Shown here piece after piece: positions 19,526 through 30,426 of a stretch of DNA of 64,000 nt; position 1 is the stretch's first letter, and each line of letters begins with the position of its first letter. A program made the translations under genes and the position numbers. Below the pieces are notes generated by a model that saw only the letters and a program-made list of their open reading frames with translations, had not been told where the DNA came from and did not search any database. Source of the stretch: Tubiluchus corallicola (Eukaryota; Animalia; Priapulida); NCBI GenBank assembly GCA_030141605.1, contig JAQGDQ010000468.1, forward strand, positions 62,001 to 126,000. Direction: 5' to 3'.

Positions 19526-20284
19526 ATGCAAAAAGTCTCAATTATAATACCATGCTACAATAAGGGGGAATATCTGCACGAAGCGGTAGAATCTGCCTTA
19601 CACTCCTCTTATAAAAAAATTGAAATAATAATAGTAAATGATGGCTCCTCTGATAATACCGATAAAATAGCGCGTCAACTATCAACTAAATATGGCAATA
19701 TAATATACATATCCCAAAAAAATCACGAAGCCCCCACTGCAAGAAATAATGGAATAAAACAGTCATCAGGAGAATATATCCTACCCCTTGATGCAGACGA
19801 TAAAATATCTGCCGACTATATCGAAAAGGCAGTTGATGTCCTCAATAAAAATGACAGCGTAAAGGTCGTATATTGCAACGCCGAGTACTTTGGAATGGCT
19901 TCGGGAAAGCTGAAATTACCTGACTTCTCTCTTAATTTGCTAGCAAGAAAAAATATGATCTTTATTAGCTCTCTTTACAGAAAAAATGAATGGAAAAAAA
20001 TCAATGGGTATGAAGAAAGGATGACGTGGGGATTTGAAGACTGGGAGCTATGGATATCTATGCTTAAATCGGGCGGAGACGTTGTAAAGCTACCTATCTG
20101 TGGCTTTTACTATCGCATTACCAATAACTCATTACGAAAACAAGTAGGACGGTCCGGGAAAATAAAAACCATAGAACTCCTAAACTCAAAACATAAGGAT
20201 TTTCTGCACAGCAAACTAAATGGGCCCCTTCGGTATAGAAGAAGCCTGTCAAAAATTATAAACACGCTTTCCCGTAAACTTTAA
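19526..20284 (+). CDS. Glycosyltransferase family 2
   Basis: VSIIIPCYN, VNDGSSD, ARNNG, LDADD, FEDWE. Confidence 0.92.
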   Translation: MQKVSIIIPCYNKGEYLHEAVESALHSSYKKIEIIIVNDGSSDNTDKIARQLSTKYGNIIYISQKNHEAPTARNNGIKQSSGEYILPLDADDKISADYIEKAVDVLNKNDSVKVVYCNAEYFGMASGKLKLPDFSLNLLARKNMIFISSLYRKNEWKKINGYEERMTWGFEDWELWISMLKSGGDVVKLPICGFYYRITNNSLRKQVGRSGKIKTIELLNSKHKDFLHSKLNGPLRYRRSLSKIINTLSRKL

Positions 20285-20335
20285 AATAATAAGACATATC
20301 CACCACCCATATCAAAATAAATATAAAATACTAAA

Positions 20336-21046
20336 GTGAGCAATCTAATACTAATAACTCCTGTCAAAGACTCCTTGAACACATTAAAAAAAGCGGTCCA
20401 TTCACTACGATCGAAACCATCCGATATTCCATATTACATATTCGATGACTACAGCTCGGAAGAAACCTGTAAGTGGCTTTCTCAAAATGCAAAAAAATAT
20501 AACTACAATGTAATACAACTAAAAGAGCTGACAGACACACCCTCTCCAAACTATAGAACAATACTGGTAACAGCACAAGAGATAGCACTTAAAAAGAGTG
20601 CAGCACTTGCTATTATCGAATCAGACGTGATAACCGACAATAACACACTACAAAAACTCAACACGCTTTCAAAAAATCTCGATATGGCAGGAATGGTCGG
20701 AGCCATTACAGTGGATCAAAGCGGGCATATAAACTTTCCGTACAAATATGTAAAAGACTACATGCCAGACATATTCATTTCTAAAAAAAGCCTTAGCTTC
20801 TGCTGTACAATAATAACGAGCATGCTGCTAAAATCTTTCGACTTTAAAAAACTAGCAAACGACAAACACTGGTTTGACGTACATATATCAAAACGATCAA
20901 GACAATTAGGATTTAAAAACTACATTATAAAAAAACACCCTGTTCTGCACTTGCCACACAGTAGTCGCCCATGGAAACAATTGAAATATAAAAACCCGGT
21001 ACTGTACTATTGGAAAAAACTTCTCTTTGGAAAAGATAAAATATAG
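20336..21046 (+). CDS. Glycosyltransferase family 2-like
   Basis: ITPVKDS, FDDYS, IESD, WFDV, HLPHSSRPW. Confidence 0.75.
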   Translation: MSNLILITPVKDSLNTLKKAVHSLRSKPSDIPYYIFDDYSSEETCKWLSQNAKKYNYNVIQLKELTDTPSPNYRTILVTAQEIALKKSAALAIIESDVITDNNTLQKLNTLSKNLDMAGMVGAITVDQSGHINFPYKYVKDYMPDIFISKKSLSFCCTIITSMLLKSFDFKKLANDKHWFDVHISKRSRQLGFKNYIIKKHPVLHLPHSSRPWKQLKYKNPVLYYWKKLLFGKDKI

Positions 21047-21085
21047 TCCGCATTATTATCAGCTAGCTCCTTAGCCTTTCACAAC

Positions 21086-21856
21086 TCACCTTCCCTTTAA
21101 CATTTTTTTCATTGCATGCCTTCTATACCTATTCTGCTTGCTACTCCTACTATGCCTAGATAAAATGTCAATCGCTCGGGACTGATCCTCACCATAAATG
21201 GAGGCATACTCACGGGCAATAAACTCAACATTATCATCGTCCGTATTCAGCTGCCTGAGATTCCACAGACCTCTCTCAAAATCGATGCTTTCAAACCTCA
21301 TTCTATTTAAATCTATAACAGAAAACGTATAACCTTTACCCTCCTTCTTTATCAATGTATTTCCGGGAGAATAATCGAGATGTAATATACTATTTTTATG
21401 AAGCTTTTCAGCGGTAAACCGCACCCATCCCCTCAATATCTCCTCCTTGTCCCGGGTCTTATTTTCTAGCACCTCCCTAAGATTAAAATCATAATCATGA
21501 TGCAAGGATATATAGTAACTATCATTAAGGTGCAGATTCCCTATACACTCAACATAAGCTACCGGAGTTGGAGTCTCAACACCCATTTCCAAAAGCATAA
21601 AAGCATGCATAAAAGAACGAGCTGCCTTCGATTTCCTCACTGATATATAAGCAAACCTGTTTACCACATTCGGTATTCTGAAGGACTTAACACACAACCT
21701 GTGGTCACCTAAATCAAAAACCTTAACCTCATTCCTTAACTTAAAGATTGTTTCCCCTCCACCGCTAAAATTGTCCCTTATCAGGCCAACCCATTGCTCC
21801 AGCCCCTTATACGCTGGAGCAACCTGATATCTTATCTTCATTACCATATAACGCAC
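21086..21856 (-). CDS. Lipopolysaccharide (Kdo/WaaP/InaA-like) kinase family protein
   Basis: RNEVK, SKAARSF, LHLDYSPGNTL, IDLNRMRF. Confidence 0.85.
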   Translation of the reverse strand: MRYMVMKIRYQVAPAYKGLEQWVGLIRDNFSGGGETIFKLRNEVKVFDLGDHRLCVKSFRIPNVVNRFAYISVRKSKAARSFMHAFMLLEMGVETPTPVAYVECIGNLHLNDSYYISLHHDYDFNLREVLENKTRDKEEILRGWVRFTAEKLHKNSILHLDYSPGNTLIKKEGKGYTFSVIDLNRMRFESIDFERGLWNLRQLNTDDDNVEFIAREYASIYGEDQSRAIDILSRHSRSSKQNRYRRHAMKKMLKGR

Positions 21857-21891
21857 AAATATAAACCTTACCCTGAAGAAGCATTGACCTG

Positions 21892-22704
21892 CTACTCAAA
21901 ATAAAGTACTAACATAAAAACATTGGGGTAAAATTTCTCTACTGTAAATCCATAATAAGGAACATCGTACGACTTATCCCCTATAGAGTGATCAATCATA
22001 TTAATAAGCCCAAAAGATGCTCTAAACTCAGGAGTAAGCTTAAAAAACGGAAGATAGTGATTTAGCCCAATAGCAATATCAGCATAAACACCGTGTCCCA
22101 GCATCCGAATAACTTTATCTCTATTTCTGCGAGACTCAAGATCATACCTGTAGGTGCACCCTAAATAGATATATGGCTTTGTATTCACATGCCTTGCTGC
22201 ATTGTACCTTATACCTACAGGGACATCAACATACGCAGACGGGACTGTTAAGTATGAAGCCTCACTGACACCGGTTGCCCCAATATTCGAGAGTATTTCA
22301 CTAGAAATAGGAGTGCTATACAAAAACCTCCGGGATCCAATCGATATCCCAGGCATAACACGTAAATCAAAGGTCCTGTTTAATAGATAATTAGAAGCAA
22401 TACCTACCGTAAATCCGGGAGACAAAGGATTTATATCAACCTGCACACTCCTGTCACCATACAAACTTGAGGTCTTTTCAGCAACTGTAGCATTGGCAGG
22501 ATCTTGCAGAACAGGGTTATCCATATAATCAGAATACTGAACAATAACTGCATCCATAACATTAAGGCCGAAATAAAATCCTAAACGAAGCTTAGTGTAA
22601 TCTATATCAACCAGATTATAAAAGTGCTTCACCTGTCCGCTTGCCCCTAAAACACTGACAGTCAGCAAAACAAACAACAAAAATACACTTCTAATCCATT
22701 TCAT
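21892..22704 (-). CDS. porT: Type IX secretion/gliding protein PorT/SprT
   Basis: LRLGFYFGLN, FDLRVMPGIS, YLPFFKLTPEFR, C-terminal YFE; conserved adjacency to ubiE. Confidence 0.75.
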   Translation of the reverse strand: MKWIRSVFLLFVLLTVSVLGASGQVKHFYNLVDIDYTKLRLGFYFGLNVMDAVIVQYSDYMDNPVLQDPANATVAEKTSSLYGDRSVQVDINPLSPGFTVGIASNYLLNRTFDLRVMPGISIGSRRFLYSTPISSEILSNIGATGVSEASYLTVPSAYVDVPVGIRYNAARHVNTKPYIYLGCTYRYDLESRRNRDKVIRMLGHGVYADIAIGLNHYLPFFKLTPEFRASFGLINMIDHSIGDKSYDVPYYGFTVEKFYPNVFMLVLYFE

Positions 22705-22800
22705 ACTATCTGACTTTCAACCGGCAGGTATTTACGGCTAGCCTCTCTATCATTTTAGTATAGCTATCCTGCAAACAAGATGATTAGCTTTAAGACACAA

Positions 22801-23523
22801 CTAATGATCTTTATTCGCTTTGCTGCACTTCTCCTTTTTACCTGTATAAATTGTCACAATACCCTGTGTAAGTACTCTTTTTCTTATACCAGAAAAACCT
22901 GCAGCAGCCATTATCTGCACAAACTCACTCCCACATGGAAACTTCTCAACCGACTCGGGTAAATACATATATGCCTGTTTATCTTTAGAAAAGAGCCTGC
23001 CCACAAAAGGTATAACTACAAATGAATAGAATCTATATAGCTGTCTTATTAAATACAACTTAGGTTTTGAAAACTCCAGGATACAAATAATCCCTCCAAC
23101 TTTCAATACCCTGTGCATCTCTTTAATTCCGTTCATCAAATGCTCCAGATTCCTCACCCCAAAGGCCACCGTTACAGCATCAAAAGTCTCGCTCTCAAAC
23201 CCTATATCTTCAGAATCACCATACTGTAACTCTATTGTCCCCTCAAGCCCTAAATCCTTTATCTTAGCATGTCCTACCTCAAGCATCTCTTCCGAAATAT
23301 CAATCCCCACTATCTTCTCAGGGTTCGCTCTCATAGCCTCAATAGCAAAATCTCCCGTACCGGTAGCTACATCAAGTATTATACAAGGACTCTCTCTCTT
23401 TACCTCCTGAATTGCCTTTCTTCGCCACACCCGGTCAATCCCAAACGAAAGGAAATGATTAAGAAAATCGTACCTCTGGGCTATATTATTAAACATCTCA
23501 GCTACTTGACTTCTCAAAGGCAT
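22801..23523 (-). CDS. ubiE: Demethylmenaquinone methyltransferase UbiE/MenG
   Basis: MFNNIAQRYDFLNH, LDVATGTGD, VAFGVRN, AYMYLPES. Confidence 0.93.
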   Translation of the reverse strand: MPLRSQVAEMFNNIAQRYDFLNHFLSFGIDRVWRRKAIQEVKRESPCIILDVATGTGDFAIEAMRANPEKIVGIDISEEMLEVGHAKIKDLGLEGTIELQYGDSEDIGFESETFDAVTVAFGVRNLEHLMNGIKEMHRVLKVGGIICILEFSKPKLYLIRQLYRFYSFVVIPFVGRLFSKDKQAYMYLPESVEKFPCGSEFVQIMAAAGFSGIRKRVLTQGIVTIYTGKKEKCSKANKDH

Positions 23524-23587
23524 ACCCTACTACGTTTTTAACAATCAGGATTACTTTATAATAACCTGCAAAATGACAAAATCCACT

Positions 23588-24622
23588 TTAAGAACTTACC
23601 TCTGTCATCTTATCGATAAACCCATACGACGCATCATCTATTCTAATCTCCCCTTTTGTAACATGCCCAAGAGTGAAAAACGGAATATTCTGCTCCCGCA
23701 TATAATCAACAAAATCATTCTCCTTTGCCTTTTCCACCCCTGCAATTACTCGTCCCATCGACTCGCCAAGCAGAAAAGCGTCACTTCTCACCTCTGCATC
23801 TGTGGTGATATCAAAACCAAGACCATTGGGCAAAGAGGCCCTTAACAATGTGAAAAATAGCCCACCTATACCTACAGGCCTTACAAGACTCGCCAAATTG
23901 TTGTCCACTATACCTTTCACCCCTTTTAACAGAACCTTCTCAAACTCCAGGTCAAAATGCATTAATGGATACCCCTCCACATCATAAAAATGATTTATAT
24001 ATTCAGATGCATTAATATCGCTAATCGAATCTCCAATAAGAAAAATATTCTCCCCCTTTTTCTTAAACCTGGACGGCATTAATGACTCCCTGCTATCCAA
24101 TCGACCAACAAGACTCACAATAAGTGTAGGAGTTGTCTTATGCTCACCGGAATAATCATAAAAAATTTTTCTCTGTGAAGTTTGTAAACCAAAAGAAGAT
24201 GCCGCATTATCCAAGCCCTTGCGGGTGGCACAAACAATCTGTTGATCTACAGGATCAGATAACTCAACATGATTTAAATAAGCACTTAATGCAACAGGTG
24301 TCGCCCCATAACAAGCTATACTGCGAACAGCCTTTGCCACAATGATTTCTGCCGCAACCTCCGGATCAACTTTCAAGCGACGATGATCTGCGTATATCGT
24401 TAACGAAAACAACTTACTCTCACCATCTATCTCAAAAACACCTGCATCGATATCATCCTTTCCGAGATCGGAAGGATTTATTTCCGTTGAAGGAGAAATA
24501 TCAAACAGATTGATTGGTGAAAGATGTGGGATAGCAAACATGCTGTGTATCACATCCCGTATATTTTCCGGTTCGGGTACCTGATCAATAACACTAAGTG
24601 TATCTTTTTCACTTTTTGACAT
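23588..24622 (-). CDS. AIR synthase-related protein resembling the C-terminal half of PurL
   Basis: AVRSIACYGATPVAL, PTLIVSLVG, GGLF, DAFLLGESMGRV, FFTLGHV. Confidence 0.7.
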   Translation of the reverse strand: MSKSEKDTLSVIDQVPEPENIRDVIHSMFAIPHLSPINLFDISPSTEINPSDLGKDDIDAGVFEIDGESKLFSLTIYADHRRLKVDPEVAAEIIVAKAVRSIACYGATPVALSAYLNHVELSDPVDQQIVCATRKGLDNAASSFGLQTSQRKIFYDYSGEHKTTPTLIVSLVGRLDSRESLMPSRFKKKGENIFLIGDSISDINASEYINHFYDVEGYPLMHFDLEFEKVLLKGVKGIVDNNLASLVRPVGIGGLFFTLLRASLPNGLGFDITTDAEVRSDAFLLGESMGRVIAGVEKAKENDFVDYMREQNIPFFTLGHVTKGEIRIDDASYGFIDKMTEVSS

Positions 24623-24765
24623 AGAGCGGAAGTATTCAATTTTAAAAACTTATCCCATTTATCACCCCAAATTTAGCTATCCAAACTTTTAATTCTATAA
24701 CAATCCGGTATTTTTTTACCTTAGTAGGTGAAAATAACACCCCAGCAATCTCTTAAAAAGCTAAA

Positions 24766-25524
24766 ATGAAGAAAATTGCAATAGTAACAGGAGCTACTGC
24801 AGGAATAGGGCAATCAACTGCACATAGCTTAGGCAAACACGGCTTCAACCTTATTATTACCGGAAGGAGAGAAGAACTTCTCAAAAAAACGGCAGAGCAT
24901 ATTAAAACTGATACAGGAGCCATGGTTCTGCCACTATGTTTCGATATCCGTAAACAGGATGAAGTAAAAAAAGCGTTCAGTAAAATCACCAAAGAGTGGG
25001 CTGGCATTAATCTCCTGGTAAACAATGCAGGACTTGCCGTAGGAATGGAACCTGTTCACAACGGAATTGTGGATGATTGGGAAAGAATGATAGACACCAA
25101 TATCAAAGGGCTGCTATACATTACCCATATAATCTCAGCAGGCATGGTAAAGAGGCGCTCCGGACATATAATAAACGTATCATCCATTGCAGGAATAGAA
25201 GCATATCCCAACGGAGCCGTATATTGTGGGACTAAACATGCAGTTATATCAATTACAAAAGCCATGCGAATTGAACTGGCCGGCTACGGAATAAAAGTAA
25301 GCTCTATATGCCCAGGCATGGTAAATACCGAATTTTCCGCAGTAAGATTTAAGGGAAACAAGCAAAAAGCAGACAACGTTTACAAAGGAGTAACCCCTCT
25401 CTATGCCAGAGATGTTGCAGAAGCAATCACCTTTATGGCAACAAGACCTGCTCATGTAAATATTGATGACTTGCTTATCATGGCAACCTGCCAAGCCAGC
25501 GCAAGAGACATATACAGAAAATAA
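24766..25524 (+). CDS. SDR oxidoreductase (YdfG-like)
   Basis: TGATAGIG, NNAG, YCGTK, CPGMVNTEFS, TRPAHVNI. Confidence 0.9.
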   Translation: MKKIAIVTGATAGIGQSTAHSLGKHGFNLIITGRREELLKKTAEHIKTDTGAMVLPLCFDIRKQDEVKKAFSKITKEWAGINLLVNNAGLAVGMEPVHNGIVDDWERMIDTNIKGLLYITHIISAGMVKRRSGHIINVSSIAGIEAYPNGAVYCGTKHAVISITKAMRIELAGYGIKVSSICPGMVNTEFSAVRFKGNKQKADNVYKGVTPLYARDVAEAITFMATRPAHVNIDDLLIMATCQASARDIYRK

Positions 25525-25588
25525 TCAAACCGAGTCTGTCTCTGAAGAACCTTGGGATTATCAGGCCAGCCTAATCTTATTACATGCT

Positions 25589-27118
25589 TTAAGTGCTATC
25601 CTTTAAACTCTTATGAACCACAAGAAGAGGATCAAGGTACCTCCTGTCGTTAGATAATCGCGGAACCTTATTTTGCCCCCCTACCTTTCCTATCTGTTTC
25701 ATCCACTCAAAAAATGTCCCATCACTCGCAGCAACTACACGGGGAGTATCAAGGGTAATATCTTTGTGTCGCTTTGCCTCATAATCAGAATTTGCCTTCT
25801 TTAAATTTTCATCAAGTATCTGTGAAAACAAGTTGATTTCATCCGGCCTCTTCTCAAACTCAATAAGCCATTCGTGCCTACCTTTCTGCTCTGTACTCAT
25901 AGGCACAGGGCCTGCTGTATACTCTTTCACTATAGCACCCGTTAAAGAACAAGCAGCCTGAATAGCCTGCTCGGCATTATCTATTATCAACTCTTCCCCA
26001 AATGCATTAATAAAGTGCTTAGTCCGTCCGGTAATCCTTATCCTATAAGGACTCTTGCTGGTAAACATAACTGTATCGCCTATAAGGTACCTCCACAATC
26101 CCCCATTAGTGGTAATCACCATCGCATAATTAACTCCTGTCTCAACATCCCAAAGCGACAGCTCACGACGATTATCTCTATCCAGCTCATCAAGAGAAAT
26201 AAACTCATAAAAAATACCATAATCAAGCATCAATAACATATCACTCTTCTCCGGATCGTCCTGAATCGCAAAAAAGCCCTCAGATGCATTATAAGTTTCC
26301 ATATATCTCATGCTATCAGATGGGATAAGCTTATAAAACTGTTCCTTATACGGCTCAAACTTTACACCGCCATGGATAAACACCTCCAGATTAGGCCACA
26401 CCTCAAGAATATTGCTCTTTCCTGTCACTTTAAGCACACTTTTTAACAAAACAAGGTACCACGATGGCACACCCGCAAAAGAAGTTACATTATCATGGAC
26501 TGACTTCCGTATCGTCTTTTCAACCTTCTTTTCAAACTCTTCGATAAGAGCTATTTTGATGGAAGGAGTGCGATTAAAGCATGCCCAAAGAGGCAAATTC
26601 CCTATCATAATAGCAGAAAGATCTCCATAAAAAGATTGATTACTAAGACTGCTAACCTTGCAATTGCCGCCAAGAGTAAGACTTTTCCCTTTAAGCACTC
26701 TCGCTTGAGGATAATTCCTGTGGTAAATGGCAAGAACATCCTTCCCTCCTCTAAAATGGCACTCATCAAGAGACTCCTTGGGAACGGGAATGTACTTACT
26801 CCTTGAGCTGGTAGTGCCCGATGACTTTGCAAACCACCTTACAGTACCGGGACAAAGTATATCCTTCTCCCCTGCGATCATTCTCGTAATATATGGCTCT
26901 ATATCCTCATAATTCTGCACCGACACCCTGCTCTTAAACTGCTCTAGCAGCTTCACCGAAGCAAAATCAAACTTTCTCCCCCACTCTGTATTAACAGAAT
27001 TGGATATCAGATCAAATAGCGTCCTCTCCTGAAGCTCTACAGCGTGCTTCTCATACATCCTGATCTGGGAAATGCGTTTGTAGTTGATCCAATTTACTAT
27101 GGAATTTAATAATGGCAT
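25589..27118 (-). CDS. GH3 auxin-responsive promoter family acyl-acid amido synthetase
   Basis: AKSSGTT, ETYNASEGF, WRYLIGD, GGQNKVPRL. Confidence 0.92.
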   Translation of the reverse strand: MPLLNSIVNWINYKRISQIRMYEKHAVELQERTLFDLISNSVNTEWGRKFDFASVKLLEQFKSRVSVQNYEDIEPYITRMIAGEKDILCPGTVRWFAKSSGTTSSRSKYIPVPKESLDECHFRGGKDVLAIYHRNYPQARVLKGKSLTLGGNCKVSSLSNQSFYGDLSAIMIGNLPLWACFNRTPSIKIALIEEFEKKVEKTIRKSVHDNVTSFAGVPSWYLVLLKSVLKVTGKSNILEVWPNLEVFIHGGVKFEPYKEQFYKLIPSDSMRYMETYNASEGFFAIQDDPEKSDMLLMLDYGIFYEFISLDELDRDNRRELSLWDVETGVNYAMVITTNGGLWRYLIGDTVMFTSKSPYRIRITGRTKHFINAFGEELIIDNAEQAIQAACSLTGAIVKEYTAGPVPMSTEQKGRHEWLIEFEKRPDEINLFSQILDENLKKANSDYEAKRHKDITLDTPRVVAASDGTFFEWMKQIGKVGGQNKVPRLSNDRRYLDPLLVVHKSLKDST

Positions 27119-27306
27119 AGTGTAAAAAATGAGTTAACCACAACCTTTATTTCAGGCAAAGTAACAAAAAAAACCTGTACTGCACATTTAGAGGCAATCT
27201 ATTCCCATAAACAAACCTTCACTCAGCAATCAATACTCAATAATCACAAAATATTATTTCTTTATAAAAAGCTCAAACTGAAATTACAATACAAAATAGT
27301 AACAAT

Positions 27307-27445
27307 GAAATATTCGAAAAACAAAACACTTTGAATTAGATCGAGAAAAAGTTCGATAAAAAACCACAACTTGCCAACATAAACAAAGACTATAAAGAAG
27401 ATATTGAAAAAATATTAATAAAAAGATGAGTTTTGCAAAGGTCTC
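27307..27445 (+). repeat. ~140-bp dispersed element copy (best-preserved right end)
   Basis: gatcgagaaaaagttcgataaaaaaccacaacttg...aatattaataaaaagatgagttttgcaaaggtctc. Confidence 0.9.
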
Positions 27446-27493
27446 TTTTTGCTAATTATCTATTTTTACAATGCTCTTAAAAAAATAACTTAA

Positions 27494-28594
27494 ATGAATA
27501 ATAAGAACAACTATTGCGTGATAATGGCAGGTGGCATAGGAAGTCGCTTTTGGCCACTTAGTACAACTGAAACTCCTAAACAGTTTCTTGATATTATGGA
27601 TGTAGGACGCTCCTTAATCCAACTCACCTTCGATAGATTTAAAGACACCTTCCCTATTGAAAACTTTTTGGTGGTAACAGGCAAAGCATATAAAGAGCTT
27701 GTAAAAAAGCATCTCCCTGAGCTTGATGATTCACAGATACTTTGTGAACCTATACGAAGAAACACAGCACCGTGTATCGCATACGCGATATACAAAATTA
27801 TGGCCAAATGCGAAAATGCTAATATAGTAGTAGCCCCTTCGGACCACTTGATACTAAACAAAGAAAAACTTCTGAATGAAATAAACAAGGGGCTTGACTT
27901 TATATCGACCAACAACGTGCTTTTAACAATTGGCATCAAGCCCGGCAGGCCTGAAACAGGATATGGATACATTCAAACAGCAAAAAAAGAAAACTACAAA
28001 GACTTTGCGAACCTGTTTCAGGTAAAAACATTTACGGAAAAACCAGACCTAAAAATGGCCAAGGTTTTTATAGAAACAAAAGAATTTCTCTGGAACTCAG
28101 GAATATTTATGTGGTCTGCAAGTGCAATTAGGGAAGCCTTCAATAAATACCTGCCAGATATAAGCTCGCTCTTTGAAGATGGCATAAAACTACTAAATAG
28201 CAATAACGAATCTAACTTCATAAAAAAAGCATACTCCGAATGTCCAAATATCTCTATTGACTATGGCATAATGGAAAAAGCAGACAATGTCTTTGTACTC
28301 TGCTCAGACTTTGAATGGTCAGACCTAGGAACCTGGAGCTCCCTACACGAAAACCATAACCTCGATGAAAATGGGAATGCCATATGGGGAGATAAAATAT
28401 TCACTTACAATACCAGTAACAGCATATTGAGCCTTCCTAAAGAAAAAACAGCGGTAATACAGGGACTAGACAACTTCATCATTGTTGAATCAAAAAACGT
28501 TCTACTAATATGCAGGAGAGAAGACGAACAGCAAATCAAGCAATTTGTTACTGACATAAACCTGGCAAACAACAACCAAAACAAAGACTCATGA
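27494..28594 (+). CDS. manC: Mannose-1-phosphate guanylyltransferase
   Basis: IMAGGIGSRFWPLS, RNTAPC, ETGYGYI, FTEKP, SIDYGIMEK, WSDLGTW. Confidence 0.93.
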   Translation: MNNKNNYCVIMAGGIGSRFWPLSTTETPKQFLDIMDVGRSLIQLTFDRFKDTFPIENFLVVTGKAYKELVKKHLPELDDSQILCEPIRRNTAPCIAYAIYKIMAKCENANIVVAPSDHLILNKEKLLNEINKGLDFISTNNVLLTIGIKPGRPETGYGYIQTAKKENYKDFANLFQVKTFTEKPDLKMAKVFIETKEFLWNSGIFMWSASAIREAFNKYLPDISSLFEDGIKLLNSNNESNFIKKAYSECPNISIDYGIMEKADNVFVLCSDFEWSDLGTWSSLHENHNLDENGNAIWGDKIFTYNTSNSILSLPKEKTAVIQGLDNFIIVESKNVLLICRREDEQQIKQFVTDINLANNNQNKDS

Positions 28595-28721
28595 CAATAA
28601 TGACCAACTACGGCTAAGCCCACTCCAGTACAAAGCACAATAGCTTACGTCAAAAAAAGTCATTGAAAAATTTTAGCCCGCCCACAAATCAAAATTTTGA
28701 GCAAAGCACTCATCCGCTGAA

Positions 28722-30212
28722 TTAATTCTTTTTTGGATCACTTTTTCTCTTTCCAAAACAGCGTACCCATCCTACATCAAAATAGTAAGGCAATGCAGAA
28801 CTGCTAACCTGCCCATGAAGAGTTGTAAGTAAATTTATAGAAAAAGTCTCACTAGAAGAAAAATTATTTGCCTGACTATGTATAACCTTTCCATTTACTT
28901 TCCATACAATCGACTTAGAATCCCACTCTATTCTGAAAATATGAAACCTATTAAACCTCAACCCATTCACAAATATATGATTTCTGAACGCATCACTTCC
29001 GACCTCCTTTACAACACCAATACTAAAACCATCTTCATTACTACGAAGTATATCTATCTGCGGAAGACTACTCTTTTTACTTTTTAAAGAAAACGCACTT
29101 GTAACCATTTTACGGGGCTTAAAACGAAGTTTCGCCTCTACTACACCTTCATCTATAGTAAAATTATCCCCTGTACTAACTACTGCCGATGTGTAATCAA
29201 ACTGGCGAGGGACTATCCCCCAAACAGGCACCCAGGCATTTCCTTCAGCCCGCTCCTCTCTCACCACTATTGACATGCCTCCATTATTGAATCTTACATT
29301 TCTCTCTCCATTGAAACATTGCAACTCATCTGCCTGTGATACTACATTCTTAATCATGAACGACTTACCATGCGGACTATCCGTTACCCACACCTTCTCA
29401 TCAAGCTTACCACCATAAAACCCTTCATCTAACAATAACTCCCAGTCTATGGGGAAATACAACTTTCGCACTGTTTCCAGGCGCCTGTATTTCTTCATAA
29501 ACCTTCCAGCATCTAACGCTTTATACTCACGCTCCTGCTTGCACGCTTCTGTTTTTTCATACCTTTTCCCGTCTTTCAGATAAGCAACCCTGTCACTAAA
29601 CTCTTTTGATAAAACTGCCGCCTCCAGTTCTTTAACTTTACTAAGTATATCTAGCGTTAGAACACGCTTATATCTTGCATATGAAGATGACCGTATAAAC
29701 TTATTATAAAACTTAATATCAGAGTCTTTCTGTAACGTACGGTAATCGTTCAGCGCCAAGTACTCATCGGTAGTCTTATACTTCTTTTTACCCGCCAGGC
29801 GAGCACTTGCATTCTCCTCTTTAAACTCCGCGCTATGCACACGCTTATCCAGGTTAAAATACCTCTCCAGCTTTTTACCATTTTCAATGCCTTGAAATCG
29901 TGAAAATGAGGCCGATTTTATAATAGAATAATACCCTCTTATATCTTTCGATTTCTTAAACTCTTTCAGCTCCAACAGCATAGCCTCCTCTTTACTTCCC
30001 TTAAACCGAAGTCCCTGTACCTCCTTTTTATCACGCTGAAACTCTTCAGAATGTATAAGTTTATCCAACTCCCTGAACCGAGCTACCTCAGCCCTCGCAC
30101 TCATCTCTTTCAGTTGACTGCTGGCATTAATAAATCTTTTTCGCTCTATATCTGCCTTTTTAACAGTCCTGTCAAGCCCTAAGCGGTACCTAATCCCTAG
30201 TTTAATAATCAT
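28722..30212 (-). CDS. GH16-like domain protein with N-terminal helical repeats; catalytic glutamates absent
   Basis: C-terminal YTSAVVST, QIDILR, FHIFRIEW..IVWKVNG, VGWVR; N-terminal repeats. Confidence 0.7.
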   Translation of the reverse strand: MIIKLGIRYRLGLDRTVKKADIERKRFINASSQLKEMSARAEVARFRELDKLIHSEEFQRDKKEVQGLRFKGSKEEAMLLELKEFKKSKDIRGYYSIIKSASFSRFQGIENGKKLERYFNLDKRVHSAEFKEENASARLAGKKKYKTTDEYLALNDYRTLQKDSDIKFYNKFIRSSSYARYKRVLTLDILSKVKELEAAVLSKEFSDRVAYLKDGKRYEKTEACKQEREYKALDAGRFMKKYRRLETVRKLYFPIDWELLLDEGFYGGKLDEKVWVTDSPHGKSFMIKNVVSQADELQCFNGERNVRFNNGGMSIVVREERAEGNAWVPVWGIVPRQFDYTSAVVSTGDNFTIDEGVVEAKLRFKPRKMVTSAFSLKSKKSSLPQIDILRSNEDGFSIGVVKEVGSDAFRNHIFVNGLRFNRFHIFRIEWDSKSIVWKVNGKVIHSQANNFSSSETFSINLLTTLHGQVSSSALPYYFDVGWVRCFGKRKSDPKKN

Positions 30213-30232
30213 ACTTCTTCACACAAAATTAT

Positions 30233-30316
30233 GAGGCCTGCACAAAACCTCTCTCTTTAATTAACACTTCCGTCAAAACTCTTTTCAAAATCCCCTCCTA
30301 CTTCAGCAAGCTGCGG
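30233..30316 (-). repeat. Partial (right half) copy of the dispersed element
   Basis: Reverse strand ccgcagcttgctgaagtaggaggggattttgaaaagagttttgacggaagtgttaattaaagagagaggttttgtgcaggcctc. Confidence 0.8.
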
Positions 30317-30426
30317 AATGATACTAGTATTATATAATCGCCCTAAAGATAATCAAAATCACCTGGACACACAGTATGATTGCTCCTAAAAAAGCATTTT
30401 TTAACAAAAAAGTATTTATATTATGT

